A stretch of 64,000 nt of DNA from NCBI RefSeq assembly GCF_963921235.1, contig NC_086097.1, positions 232,936,001 through 233,000,000 of the forward strand, written 5' to 3'. Positions 23,336-37,169 of the stretch are shown piece after piece. The notes beneath the pieces are model-generated. The model saw only the letters and a program-made list of their open reading frames with translations. It ran no database searches and was not told the origin of the DNA. This DNA comes from Mobula hypostoma (lineage: Eukaryota). How positions within the stretch are numbered: the stretch's first letter is position 1; each line of letters begins with the position of its first letter. The translations under genes and the position numbers were made by a program.

Positions 23336-23802
23336 GGCTTGTTACTAGGCAAAAGTGAAATTTGCTGTAACCTCATTTGTTTGCCTTTACTTTTGCCATG
23401 TCTTTCTGTATTATTTTGCTGTATTTAACATGTGCAATGAAATGAGTTACTGGGTAAAAGTGATTTTATTTTTACCTGAGTAAAAGTGAAACTTACAATT
23501 TTCCTTTTGTGGCCTTAACGTTTTCATGTCTATGCCAAACATAAGCTACTACTTAAAATGACATTTTGGAAGTAGTGACAATTGCTTCTATCGAATGTTT
23601 GCACAAGCAATACAATAATAAAGCACCTTGTTAAATGTATAAAACATGTCTGCATCAGTGTTATCTTGTATTTCCATACAGTGTTACATTAGGCTGTTAC
23701 ACATCTATTGTCAGAGAAGTACTTGCATAAATAGGTAAAGCACCTTCATACAAGCAAGGACAGAAAACAGGGCAAAGAGAGTATACTTATTTATTCAGTA
23801 AC

Positions 23803-25983
23803 TTATGAGTCAAAGTATTTGGTGAGTACATTTCTAACTCTCCTGTCTTCAGTCTCGTTGCTGTCCGTTCTGAAATTGTTAGGTTGTGTGGGGGGTTGAA
23901 ATTCTCTGCCATACTGCAAAGCTGCAGTAACATTCTGCTCAGGAACAGTCTCATTGTTTGTCTCACAGAAATTGTGCAGCACAAAGCATGCATAAATAAC
24001 AAAGGGAAGGTCCTCCATATTTATGTCCATTGCTCTGCACAGAGCACCAAATCTTGCCTTCAAACGTCCAAAAGAGCATTCAACTACCATTCTTGACTTG
24101 CAGAAGGACATGCCAAAGTACTGTTCCTGTGGGGTCACACCACCGTTAGTGTACTCTTTCATAACATAAGGCATCAGGGGGTATGCAGGGTCTCCCAGCA
24201 AAAAAAAACAGAAATGGCATCCTCACCCTCCACCACAACTCGTCTGTAAGAGGGGATCCTCTCGTTTTTCAAGTAGTCATTAATTTTTGAATTTACAAGT
24301 ATACGAGCATCATGGACAGTGCCTGGCCATTTCACAACAACATTCATAAAGTAGAATTTGTAATCATATGTAGCCTGTACGTTCAAAGAAAATCTGCCCT
24401 TTCTGTTCAGGTAATCTGTGGAGTTTGCTGTAGGCTGTTTAACTTCGATGTGTGTGCAATCAACTGCCCCCAAACACTGTGGCATGCCGTGAGCATGGTG
24501 AAAGTAGGTTACAAGGTACATCACTTCAGACTCTGTGCGTGGAATCTTGATATTAGCAGGGCCCAGATGTGCAGTTATAGCCTTGCATACTTCTCTAATT
24601 ATCTTGGACACCACCTGCTTTGACAATCCAAACGCGTTAGCCGTTTTCCTGAGCCTTCCTTCGTCGCTTAAGTGGTACAAAGTGCAAGCGAACTTTTTAA
24701 CCACATCCACCGGTGATCTCATTTGTGTTGCCTGGCCTTTGATGTGAGGACGTAATAGTTCGCTTAGATGAAGCATGGAGCTGCTGGACATTCTAAAGTT
24801 ATCACACCATTCTTCAATAGACCATAGACAATAGACAATAGGTGCAGGAGTAGGCCATTCAGCCCTTCGAGCCAGCACCGCCATTCACTGTGATCATGGG
24901 TGATCATCCACTAGCAGTATCCAGTTCCTGCCTTATCCCCAAAACCTTTGATTCCACTATCTTTAAGAGCTCTATCCATCTCTTTCTTGAAAGCATCTAG
25001 AGACTTGGCCTTCACAGCCTTCTGGGTCAGAGCATTCCATATATCCACCACTCTCTGGGTGAAAAAGTTTTTCCTCAACTCCGTTCTAAATGGCCTACCC
25101 CTAATTCTTAAACTGTGGACTCTGGTTCTGGACTCGCCCATCAGTGGGAACATGCTTCCTGCCTCCAGCGTGTCCAATCCCTTAATAATCTTATATGTTC
25201 CAATAAGATCCCCTCTCAGCCTTCTAAATTCCAGAGTATACAAGCCCAGTCGCTCCAATCTTTCAACATATGACAGTTTACCATCCCGGGAATTAACCTT
25301 GTGAACCTACGCTGCACTCCCTCGATAGCAAGAATGTCCTTCCTCAAATTTGGAGACCAAAACTGCACACAGTACTCCAGGTGTGGTCTCACCAGGGCCC
25401 TGTACAGCTGCAGAAGGACCTCATTGCTCTTATACTCAATTCCCCTTGTTATGAAGGCCAGCATGCCATTAGCTTTCTTCACTGCCTGCTGTACTTGTAT
25501 GCTTGCTTTCAGTGACTGATGTACAATAACATCTAGATCTCGTCGTGCTTTCCCTTTCCTAACTTGACTCCATTTAGATAATAATCTGCCTTCCCGTTCT
25601 TACCACCAAAGTGGATAACCTCACATTATTCCACATTAAACTGCATCTGCCCACTCACCCAGCCTGTCCAAGTCACCCTGCATTCTCATAACATCCTCCT
25701 CACATTTCACACTGCCACCCACTTCAGGAACCACAACTTCATTGGCAAAATTGTTCCACCACGGACTGGTTCGGCCGGGTCGTCTGCAAAACCGCCGGTC
25801 TTTGTACGGTTGATAACGATGTTGACGTTGTGCAGATCTATTGCGCAGCAACTGTGAGTACAAATGACGCCTTTTTGTATGTAGATATGCTGTCTGTACG
25901 TGGTAAGTAGCTATGTTTAACTCCAAACAAGCTATTGACGTAGACAATAAAGTAAACAACGCACGCATGAAGCCGTCTACCAT
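23803..25983 (-). pseudogene. Harbinger DDE transposase, frameshifted and interrupted by CR1
   Basis: GAVDCTHI, YLNRKG, WPGTVHDARI, GDPAYPL and RMVVECSFGRLKARF. Frameshift at the A-run near 24200; start MVDG at 25983. Confidence 0.93.
24817..25721 (-). mobile_element. 5'-truncated CR1 inserted in the Harbinger transposase
   Basis: CR1 ORF2 C-terminal peptides and a short-repeat tail; CTTCA duplicated at 24812-24816 and 25722-25726. Confidence 0.92.
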
Positions 25984-26584
25984 TGTTGTTGTGGTGTTGG
26001 AGGTTGCCCTCAAGAAAACAATGAAATGCTGTGTTGCCGCCACCTTCTGTTCCGGCACGTCATGACAGAGTTTTTAAAAATAGCCGGTTATCCCACACAC
26101 ACTACGCCGGCTATTAGGTGTTTTCAGATTTATTCACTCTGGAGAGCGTTTCTGAAAAGCTCAGTTTTTGGGGGAGGAGAAAGCCGTTTCAGTGGGGAGG
26201 GAGGGTCAAAACGAAGAGAAAAAACTTCAGTTATGGATTTATCCGGTCTCGTGTGGATGTAGCCTTAGCCGTGATGTCCTCAGTTCTCTTCCTCACCTCA
26301 ATGACCAATCTTCATTCAATTGTGTGCCAAAGTCAGCAAGCTGTTGAAGTCTCCTACTACTCATGGAATTACAAGCAACCTGCATCATCAATTTCAAGAG
26401 GGTGATAATTGGTGATATAAAAAAAAATGTAGCTTTTGTCACAAAGCTTTCAAGACAGAGACCTTTCTCCCTGACTGTCTATCTAGAAGTACAACTTGTA
26501 TTCTAATCCTGTTCCTTTTTGCACCTTATGGTGCATTTGGTGGAAATTTTGCCATTTCCATAGCAATTACCTGTTTTTTGCTCA

Positions 26585-26692
26585 ACGCTCAACCCAGCAC
26601 AGGTGGTATGTGTGCAAGAAACCGCCCAGATTTGAACCCAGGTTCATTTGCCTCAAAATCTAGTGCTGATGCCATTACACCATGGGCCAGCT
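26585..26692 (-). mobile_element. tRNA-derived SINE head
   Basis: Minus-strand A box TGGTGTAATGG and B box GGTTCAAATC; no complete cloverleaf. Confidence 0.5.
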
Positions 26693-26739
26693 TCTCAGCA
26701 ATCACATTAATTAACATAAATGCTTAAATTATGTTAAAA

Positions 26740-27395
26740 AGGAGGGAGGAGAAGATGGCGACGCGACGCAGCGTGGCTGTTCTGAATTGATATCGATATG
26801 TGTAACTAAGGGCCATGCATCAATCCGGATTTGATGGAGACAGCCGTGAGAAGCACGGAGGAACACCTGGAGTAACTTCTGAAATGCCTGCTTCGCTGCC
26901 GCTGCTACTGTGCGATTGAGAATCTCTGGAGACGAAGGCCCCAAATCTTTGGCTTTGCGTATCGCCTGTTGCCGGGGCCGGGGTCGAAGCACTCGGCAGA
27001 GATGGTGCTCGGTGCATCGGTGTCGGAGAGCTGGTCGGAGGCTCGGAGTTTTTCGGACGGACTCGGAGTCGGATTGTGGTCGGATGCTTCCGTGATACTG
27101 CATCGGCAAGTTTGTGATGCTGGAGGATTACCGTCTGCGTGAGATGATAGGACTTTCGAGAGACTCTGAGATTTTTGCCGTGCCATGGTCTGTTCTTATC
27201 AAATTACGGTATTGCTTTGCACAGTTGTAACTATATGTTATAATTATATGGTTTTGTCAGTTTTTAAGTTGGTTTGTCATGTGTTTTCGTGATATCATTC
27301 TGGAAAAACATTTTTATCATTTCTTAATGCATGCATTACTAAATGACAGTAAAAGGGACTGCATGTCCTCATAATCATAATCGTAATCATAATAA
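26740..27395 (+). mobile_element. ~650-bp non-autonomous retroposon, copy 2
   Basis: Homologous to 5118-5791; tail (ATAATC)n. Confidence 0.85.
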
Positions 27396-27664
27396 TTTAA
27401 GGCTTATGTGATCCAGGATAAGAATTATCCAACAAGTTGTTACATGCCTAATATGCAGGCATCATCTGCATTCCTTCAGTAATTATATTAACATTGAGTA
27501 ATAGGCATTTGAGCAATATTCACTAAGTGATTTCTCAGTGCTTTTATTGGAAGTACCCATTATTTTCACTAGTGTAAGCAACATAATGTAACACACACTT
27601 AAAGAGGAGTTTTTGACTTCATCAAAACCCGAGTGGGTGAGTGTGTGCATTCGAGAACCTACTG

Positions 27665-29836
27665 AACATACACAAATCAAAAGTTTTGGATGAACCAGGA
27701 GAGTCATCGTGTGCCGAGGGATAACTCTGTGGCATTGAAAACCAGTGATCCAGAACCACACGGGCGTCCAGGTACGACCGACGGAAGGCTATCTTAACAG
27801 CAAATAAACAATTCCGATTGAGGTTGGACACAGAATCGGATGCATGTCAGCTCTGGAAGGGATTGCAGGCCATTACCTCTGGGTGATGAATGGCTGTGAT
27901 TCTTCACTCCCTGATGAGCTCAATGCCTTTTATGCACGCTTTGAAAGGGGAGAATAAAACTACAGCCATGAGAATCCCTGCAGCGTCTGGTGACCCTGTG
28001 ACCTCTGTCTTGGAGGCCAACATTTGAACATCCGTCAAGAGTCTGAACCTGGTAAGGCTCTGAAAACCTGTGCCAAGCAACTGGTGGGAGTGTTCAAGAA
28101 CATCTTTGATTTATCCCTGCTGCAATCGGAGGTTGCCATCTGCTTTAAAACGGCAACAATCATACCAGTCCTCAAAAAACGCAGGGTGAGCTGCCTCAGT
28201 GACTATCACTCAGTGGCAATCAAGTCTACCGTGATGAAATGCTTTGCGAGGTTGGTCATGGCTAGAATTAACTCCTGCCTAAGTAAGGATCTAGACCCTA
28301 TGCAATTTGCCTATGTCAGGCTGCTGTTTATTGACTACAGCTCAGCGTTCAACATAATCATACCCATAGTTCTAATCAATAATCTCTAAAACCTGGGCCT
28401 TGGTACCTCTCTCTGCAACTGGATCCTTGATTTCCTCACAGGGAGACCACCGTCTGTACTGATCAGAAATAGTATTGGAATAATATTGGAAGCATTGGAA
28501 AGGGTACAGAGGAGGTTTACCAGGATGCTGCCTTGTTTAGAGAGTATGGATTATGATCAGAGATTAAGGGAGCTAGGGCTTTGGAGAGAAGGAGGATGAG
28601 AGGAGACATGATAGAGGTGTACAAGATAATAAGAGGAATAGATAGAGTGGATAGCCAGCGCCTCTTCCCCAGGGCACCACTGCTCAATACAAGAGGACAT
28701 GGCTTTAAGGTAAGGGGTGGGAAGTTCATGGGGGATATTAGAGGAAGGTTTTTTACTCAGAGAGTGGTTGGTGCGTGGAATGCACTGCCTGAGTCAGTGG
28801 TGGAGGCAGATACACTCGTGAAGTTTAGAAGACTACTAGACAGGTATATGGAGGAATTTAGGTGGGGGGTTATATAGGAGGCAGGGTTTGAAGGTCAGCA
28901 CAACATTGTGGGCCAAAGGGCCTGTACTGTGCTGTACTTTTCTATGTTCTATGTTCTAATATCTCCTCACTGACAATCGACACTGGTGCACCTCAAGGAT
29001 GAGCACTTAGCCCATTGTTCTACTCTCTACGCCCATGACTGCGTGACTAGGCACAGCACAAATGTCATCTATAAATTTGCCGACAACTCAACTATTGTTG
29101 ACAGAGTTTCAGATGACGACAAGGAGGTGTACAGGTGCCAGATTGATCAGCTGGTTGACTAGTGTTGCATCAACAACCTTGCACTGACTGACTGTGAAGG
29201 GTAAATTGAGGGAACACACACCAGTCCTCACTGAGGGAGCAGAAGTGGAAAGGGTGAGTTCTTGGGTGCCAAGTTCTCTGAGGAACTATCCGAGTTCCGA
29301 CATATTGAGGCAATTACAAAGAAGGCATGATGGCAGCTGTAGTTCATTTGGACTTTGAAGAGATTTGGTGTACATCCATCACAAAAAAACTCACAAATTT
29401 CTATAAATGTACCATGGAGGGTGTTCTAACTGGTTGCATCACTGTCTGGTATGGAGGGACCACTGCAAAGGATCAAAAAAAGGTGCAGAAAGTTGAAAAG
29501 TCAGCCAGCTCCATCATGGGCACTAGTCTCCCCAGCACCCAGGACACCTTCAAAAAGCAATGCTTCTGAAAGGTAGTATCCATCATTAAGGACCCCCATC
29601 ACCCCAGACATGTTCTCTTCTCATTGTTACAATCAAGAGGACAGGAATGAAGACACACACACACTCAACATTCCAGAAACAGCTTCTTCCTCTCTTCGGA
29701 TTTCTGAATGGACCATGAACCCATGAACCAACTCACCAGTTGCTGTTCCTCTCTTTTGTAATGTACTGCTACTGCAAAATAACAAATTTCACGACATACT
29801 GAACGCCGGTGATACTAAACCTGATTCTGATTCTGA
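27665..29836 (+). mobile_element. Rex1/Babar LINE, decayed RT region with 3' end
   Basis: LKTCAKQLVGVFKNIFDLSL, FKTATIIPV, DPMQFAY, FIDYSSAFN and GCITVWYG; tail CTGATTCTGATTCTGA. Confidence 0.9.
28487..28956 (+). mobile_element. CR1 3' fragment inserted in the Rex1 element
   Basis: [22 protein letters not shown] tail; TAATAT duplicated at 28481-28486 and 28957-28962; close homologue at 58075-58590. Confidence 0.9.
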
Positions 29837-30780
29837 GGAATTACAGAACTTTTCCAGCATGTGTCTTAATGGACTAGATCTAGAAAGTTAATAGAGAAAT
29901 GGGAAAAGTCATTGTATGGTTACATCAATTAAACCCACAATTGTTTTACTCTAATGTTACCCCACCCAACCAATCAGCATCTATGCTGTAAAATGAATTT
30001 AACTTCTGATTTATTTTTGAACATAAGCAATAAGGTATAATGGGAGCTGATATTGTTCAACGCATTATTTGTGAACATAAAAACGTAGGCCATTTGACTT
30101 CTTTTCCAGCATTAGTGAGATCATAAAGTCTCAGAAACAAGCCATTCCAAAAACTCGTCCATGCTGACCAATATACCTTCCTCAGTTAGTCCCATTTACC
30201 TGCATGTGTCCCACTTCTTCCTAAGCATTTCCTATCCAATAACTAGTCCAATTATCTTTTAAATGCTGTAATTTTTACCAACCTCTATCACTTCCTCTGG
30301 CAATTCATTCCACTTTACCCCAGTATCCCCCTCTGGCGCTTTAACACTTGCCCCTCTCACCTTAAATCTATGCCTTCTAGCTTTAGACTCCCCTGTCCTG
30401 TGAAGGAGACCATGCAGCCACAAGTCCATAAGACCTAGGAGCAGAATTAGGCCATTCAGCCCATCATGTTTTTTCTACCATTTAATCATGTTCCTGCTCT
30501 TTTCTGTGCCCTTCATAATTTTCTAAATCTCTTTTCCGTCAATCTTCAGTTTCTTTTACTCCAGGGAACCTGTTCCAGCCCATCCAGTCTCTCCTTCAAA
30601 TTCAAATTCTCCTTTTCGGGCAACACTTCCGTAAATTTCTTTGTCCCCCTCTCTAGCTTAACACCGCTTCCATCACCTTCTGGTATGGGGGGTGGGGGTT
30701 GCTGTTATTGCAGGGGATTGGAGTAAGCTACAGAGATTTGCAAACTTTGTCAGCTCTATCATGGGCTCTGGCCTCCCAAG

Positions 30781-31470
30781 GGAGAGGAGGAGAAGATGGC
30801 AGTGTGACGCAGCGCGCGCAGCCTCTCTGGTGATGATATCTGTTATCTGTCAAGTAGGATGCCGTGCACAATTCTGATTTGATGGAGACAGACGTGAGAG
30901 CATGGAGGAACATCTGGTGAAACTTCTGAAATGCCTGCTTCGCTACCGCCGCTACTATGTGATCCGAAATCTCTGGAGGAGAAGGCCCCGAATCCTCGGC
31001 TTTGCTTGTTGCTCAGCGGCTGGGGCCGGGTTGAATTGCTCGACAGAGATGTTGCTCGGTGCTTGGAGTCCGAGAACTGGTCCGATGCTCGAAGTTTTCA
31101 AACGGACTCAGAGTCGGACTGTGGTCGGGTGCTTCCAGGATGCTGCATCGGCAAGTTTGCGGTGCTGGAAGCACATGGCAGGGAGAGTTTCTCCCTTTTA
31201 CCGTCTGCATGAGATTTTGGGGCTATCAGGACTTTGAGACTTATTTTTACCGTGCCCATGGTCTGCTCTTATCAAATTACGGTATTGCTTTGCACTGTTG
31301 TAACTATACGTTATAATTATGTGTTTTTTGTCAGTTTTAGTCTTGGTCTGTCTTGTGTTTCTGTGATATTATTCTGGAGGAACATTGTATCATTTTTTAA
31401 TGCATGCATTCCTAAATGACAATAAACGAGGACGGAGTGTCCTCATAATCTAATTTAATCTAATCTAATC
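30781..31470 (+). mobile_element. ~650-bp non-autonomous retroposon, copy 3, inside a Rex1 3' fragment (~30720-31825)
   Basis: Homologous to copy 1; (AATCT)n tail; Rex1-like sequence continues on both sides. Confidence 0.85.
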
Positions 31471-33736
31471 CATAATATCCAGGACATCTTCAAGGAGCAA
31501 AGCTTCAAAAAGGTGGGTGTCCATCACTGGGGATCCCCATCACCCGGGCCATGCCTTTTTTTCATTGCTACCAACGCGAAGGCATGCACTCAACAATTCA
31601 GGAGCAATTTCTTCCTCTCTACTATCTGATTTCTGAATGGTCCTTGAATCCATGAACACTACCTCACTACTTTTTTGTATCTATTTTTGCAGTACTTATT
31701 TAAATTAACTATTTAATATAAATATACTTACTGTAATTCACATTTTTTATGACTATGTATTGTACTGCGGCTGTAAAGTCAACCAATTTCACGGCATTGG
31801 CCAGTTTTATTTAATCTGTTTCTGAGCCTTCCTATAGAATGGTGACAACACCTACCCATGATGTGCTAAATGCGTTCTCTCAAATGCCTTGTACAGCTAA
31901 AATATGACATCTCACTTTCATAATCAATACACCGACTGATGAAAGCAATTTGATCCTCTTCCTAACAGAATCTATCCACATAGCTGAAAACACTTAATTG
32001 GTCTCATTAAATTAGCTGAATTAATATCTCTTTTTTTCATGAGAAAGAGTTCCACACTTCTGACATCTGTATGAAGAAGTCTTTCCTAAGTTCCCCATTG
32101 AACGCTCTGATGTTGATCTCATGGTTCTCTCTGTTCTGAACTCAAATGACAACTGAATACAGGTAGGAAAATCAATTAGTTTTAGACATCTTGTTTTGGA
32201 TAATGCAGAGAGGGACTTCTTGTAAACACAAGCAATATCCTCTCAGAATAGAGGATGTTTGTTTAGATCCACACATTTTCAAATGAAGATTAAAAATAGT
32301 GCTGATCAAATGAAATGTAAATATTTCCCTTCCTTAATTAACTGCGGGCATTCCTAATTATCATATCTTTTGATTTGTATTGAATGTCAGCTTCTTTTTC
32401 AAATGAAGGCTCAAGGTTCTCACAGCCTAGTCATATTCAAAGAAAGAGATTACGGGGAAAATTAATTATGTAAATGTCATCCCTGGGATGCATTTATTTC
32501 ATCCAAAATTAATGAGCAAGTTATATACATTTACATTTCACAATGGTTTGATTTCTGCTTTCTTTTTTTCTATTGTCCTGGTGCTCTGTTATTCCTCTTT
32601 GACATTTCAGTATTGCGTCTGAATCAAAATGTCAGAAGTCACGTCTGGTCCTTTGAGAACCCTTTGAATTCTATTTGATATATAAATGCACCTCAGAAGT
32701 TGGTCAAAGAACAGGAGGTTTAAAGAACACAAAGCAGGGAGCAGCAAACTCAAAGAACTATACATGATTTCTGACATTCCTGACTTGATATACAGAATCT
32801 CAAATGTCATAGTCACTGAGAGCATTTTCACTTTTACAAGCAATGAATGACATGAAGAATTTAATACCGACTACTTTTATCATTCATCTTTTAATCCAAA
32901 GATTTTGTTAATGGTTATGCACTAAGAAAGCCAACCTGTTTCTTATTGTCATTCTGAAATCAGCACCTCAAAATTTAACAATTATATGATCCATTAAATG
33001 AAGAGCAAAAACTCATAACCTTTCTATACTGAACCCAATCGAGAACACCTCATCTCATAATGTGCATGTGTCTGTCTATGTGCATGCAATATAGAAAAAG
33101 ATAATTCATTAATTTTGTTTTTCTTTTTTCTTTCTGCTTTGAAGACATTGAATATTGAATTGAAGGTAAAAATTAAACTGTATTAAGTATAAAAATTACC
33201 TTGTTATAAACTATTTGCATTTTATATTAAGCACATAAAATGTTCCCTTACTTTCTTGTTAGATATTTCCACTGTCCCTCTGGGAAAGTCTTAACTGACT
33301 AATCAAATGCCACTAATTTTTTTTTTAAGAGGGAGGGAACATAAAAGATTGATGTCTACTACAGGATTAAGGTAGACGTACTTCACTATGGATCTAAATG
33401 CAAGGTAGCTTTTACAGAAGTAGAGTAAGCGTAATATGCCAGTCAGGACTGCACGATGCTTCCACAAAGAACATATCTTGTGTGTTCAGAGCATTCCCTT
33501 GTTACATTTTATACAGTATATTCTCCTTCATCTATTGTGCTTAATACTAATTGAAAGCCCAAAATGTCACATACGGGAAATCTAAAATTAAAACAGAAAA
33601 GGCTGGAATACTCAGTAAGTCCGGCTGCAGTTGTGAGAGGAGAAAATGACCCCAGGGCTGACGGCAAGTTTTTGACCTGATGTGATAGTTCTGTATTCAT
33701 TCCCAGCCTGACTTGCTGAGTACTTCTAGTATTTTA

Positions 33737-36170
33737 GACCATAAGTTAAGAGCAGAATTAGGCCATTTGGCCCATTGACTTTGCTTCACCATTTCGTCAT
33801 GACTGATCCATTTTACTTCTCAGCCCCAATCTCCTGTCTTCTCCCCGTATCCCTTCATGCCCTGACTAATCAAGAATCCATTAACCTCTGCCTTAAATAT
33901 ACATAAAGACTTGGCCTCCACAGCAGACTGTGGCAAAGAATTCCACAGATTCGCCACTCTCTGGCTAAAGAATTTCCTCCTCATCTTCATTTTAAAAGGA
34001 CACCCCTCTGTTACGAGGCTGTGTCCTCTGGTCTTAGACTCTCCCACCATAGAAAACATCCTCTCCACATCCAATCTATCAAGGCCTTTCAACATTCAAC
34101 AAGTTTCAGTGTGATCCCTCCTTATTCTTCCAAATCCCAGTGACTACAGGCCAGAACCATCAAACGCTCCTCATATGATAAGTCTTTCATTCCCAGAATA
34201 ATTTTTGTGAACCTTCTTTGCACCCTCTCCAGTTTCAGCACATCCTTTCTAAGATAAGGGGCCCAAACTTGCTCACAATACTCCAAGTAAGGACTCACCA
34301 GTGCTTTATAAAGTCTCAACATTACACCCTTGCTTTTCTGGCCTAGTCCTCTTGAAATGACTGCTAACATTGCATTTGCCTTCCTCAGCACAGACTCAAC
34401 CTGCAAATTAGCCTTTAGGGAATCCTGCACAAGGACTCCCAAGTCCCTTTGCACCTTAGTATTTTGTATTTTCTCTCCATTTAGAAAATAATTAACTCAT
34501 TCATTTCTTCTACCAAAGTGCATGACTTCCTGACACTGCATTCCATCTACCATTACTTTGCTCATTCTTCTAATTTGTCTAAGTTCTTCTTTCACCTTTC
34601 TGCTTCCTCAAAACTACCTGCCCCTCCACCTTTCTTCATATTGGCGCCAAATTTTGCAACAAAGCCATCAATTACATCATCTAAATCATTGACATATAAC
34701 GTAAAAGAACTGGTCCCAGCTGAGAGCTCTGTGGAACATCTTACATCTCTATCTAACGTCTCAATGTTGTTAAATGCAAGGTTATCCACTTTGGAAGGAA
34801 AAATGGATGATCGGATTATTATTTAAATGTTAAAATATTGCAGTATGCTGCTGTGCAGAAGGACTTGGGAGTGCTTGTGCATGAATCACGGAAGACTGGT
34901 TTATAGGTGCAGCAGGCTATCAAGAAGGTAAATGGAATGTTGGCTTTCATTACTAGAGGGATTGAATTGAAGAACAGGGAAGTTATGCTGCAACTGTACA
35001 GAGTACAGTTGAGGCTGCACCTGGAGTACTGTGTGCAGTTCTGGTCTCCTTATTTGAGGAAGGATATGCTGGCTTTGGAGGTGGTGCAGAGGAAGTTCAT
35101 CAGGTTAATTCTAGAGACGAGGGGTTAGACTATGAGGAGAGATTTAGTCACCAAGGGCAATACTTGCTTGTATTCAGAAGAATGAGAGGAGATCTTATAG
35201 AAACATAAAATTATGAAAGGGATAAATAAGATAGAGGCAGGAAAGTTGTTTCCACTGGTAGTTGAGATTAGAACTAGGGGACTTAGCCTCAAGATTCGGG
35301 AAAGAGATAAGGAAGAACTGATTTTCCTAGAGAGCAGTGAATCTGTGGAATTCTCTGCCCAATGAAGCAGTGGAGACTACCTCAGTAAATATATTTAAGA
35401 CAAGGTTGGATAGATTTTTGCACAGTAGGGGAATTAAGGGTTATGGGGAAAAGGCAGGTAAGCAGAGATGAGTCCATGGTCAGATCAGCCATGATCTTAT
35501 CAAATGGTGGAGCAGGCTTGATAGGCCAGATGGCCTATTCCTTCTCCTATTTCTTATGATATTTCCTTGAGAAAGTCATGCCGACTATGGCCTATTTTAT
35601 CATGTGCTTCCAAATACTCTGAGACCTCATCCTTAATAATCAAGTCCAATATCTTCCCAGCCACTGAGGTCAGACTAACAGGCCTATAGTTTCCTTTCTT
35701 CTGCCTCTCTCCCTTTTTGATGAGTGGAGTGACATTTGCTATTTTCCAGTCTTCCGGAACCATTCCAGAATCTAGTAATTCTTGAAAGATCATTACCAAT
35801 GCTTCCACAGTATCCCATCTACCTCTTTCAGATCCCATCTGATCCAAGTGATTTATCTACCTTCAGTCCTTTCAGTTTCCCAAGAACTTTTTCTCTGTTT
35901 ATGGTAACTTCACACACTTCATGCACCCTGACAGCTGGAACTTCCACCATAGTGATAGTGTTTTCCACAGTGAAAACAGATGCAAAAATACCTATTCTGT
36001 TCATCCGCCATTTTGTCGTACCCCCATTACTACCTTTGCAGCAGTCCGATATTCACTCTCACCTCTCTTTTACACTTTATTTACCTGAGGAAACTTTTGG
36101 TATCCTCTTTAATATTACTAGCTGGCTTACTTTTGTATTCTATCTTTCCCTTCTTAAGTGCTTTTTTATT
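33737..36170 (-). mobile_element. Decayed minus-strand CR1 ORF2 containing a plus-strand CR1 3' fragment (~34780-35556)
   Basis: Minus ORFs 33820-34095, 34122-34454, 34592-34789 and 35554-35847, and plus ORF 34907-35128, are all CR1 ORF2 peptides. Confidence 0.88.
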
Positions 36171-36979
36171 TCCTATTTTCCTTTTACAGCTGCTGGAAGT
36201 TTGACACTAAGAAGAGAGGTGGAAATGTCCAACTCGCCAGGCAGCATCTGCAGAGAGTTTATATTTGTAGTCAGAGACATAATATCCAACAGCTCAGACT
36301 TTTGCACAGTGCTGGAGGTTTGAATTCTCCTGTGTGGAGGAGACCACATTGTGAGCACTGCAAGCAGGACAGTAAAGCGGATCCTGACAGGATATTCCCT
36401 AGGACCTTGAGGGAAGTTAATGTAGAAATAGCAGGGGCTCTGACAGAAATATCTCAAATGTCATTAGAAATGGGGATGGTTCCAGAGGATTGGCATATTG
36501 CTCATGTTGTTCCATTGTTTGAAAAGGGTTCTAAGAGTAAACATAGCAATTATCGGCCTGTGAGTTTGACGTCAGTGGTGGGTAAATTGATGGAAAGTAT
36601 TCTTTGAGATGGTATATATAATTATCTGGATAGACAGGGTCTGATTAGGAACAGTCAACATGGATTTGTGCGTGGAAGGTCATGTTTGACAAATCTTATT
36701 GAATTTTTTGAAGAGGTTACTACGAAAGTTGGAAAAAGCGGTGGATGTTGTCTATATGGACTTCAGTAAGGCCTTTGACAAGGTTCCACACGGAAGGTTA
36801 GTTAGGAAGGTTCAATCGATAGGTATTAATATCGAAGTAGTAAAATGGATTCAGCAGTGGCTGGATGGGAGACGCCAGAGAGTAGTGGTGGATAACCGTG
36901 TGTCAGATTGGAGGCCAGTGACTAGTGGTGTGCTTCAGGGATCTGTACTGGGTCCAATGTTATTTGTCATATACCATAA

Positions 36980-37164
36980 ATTGGAGGATAAATGCGTGGC
37001 TGAGGGATTGGAGCAGGGGGCAGGGATTCAAGTTTTTGGATCATTGGGACCTCTTTTGGCGCAGGTGTGACCTGTACAAAAAGGACGGGTTACACTTAAA
37101 TCCTAGGGGGACCAATATCCTGGCAGGGAGATTAGCGGGGGCTACTGAGGTGACTTTAAACTAG
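36980..37164 (+). CDS. CR1 ORF1 C-terminal fragment (SGNH esterase-like), 5'-truncated
   Basis: RINAWLRDWSRGQGFKFLDHW..YKKDGLHLNPRGT includes the DxxH motif of CR1 ORF1 esterase domains. Confidence 0.85.
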
Positions 37165-37169
37165 AATGG

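Larger units (their letters stand above)
22055..26264. mobile_element. Full-length PIF/Harbinger DNA transposon (decayed)
   Basis: 24-bp TIRs GGCTATGTCCACACTAGACCGGAT and ATCCGGTCTCGTGTGGATGTAGCC; TTA TSD at 22052-22054 and 26265-26267; two internal ORFs. Confidence 0.95.
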
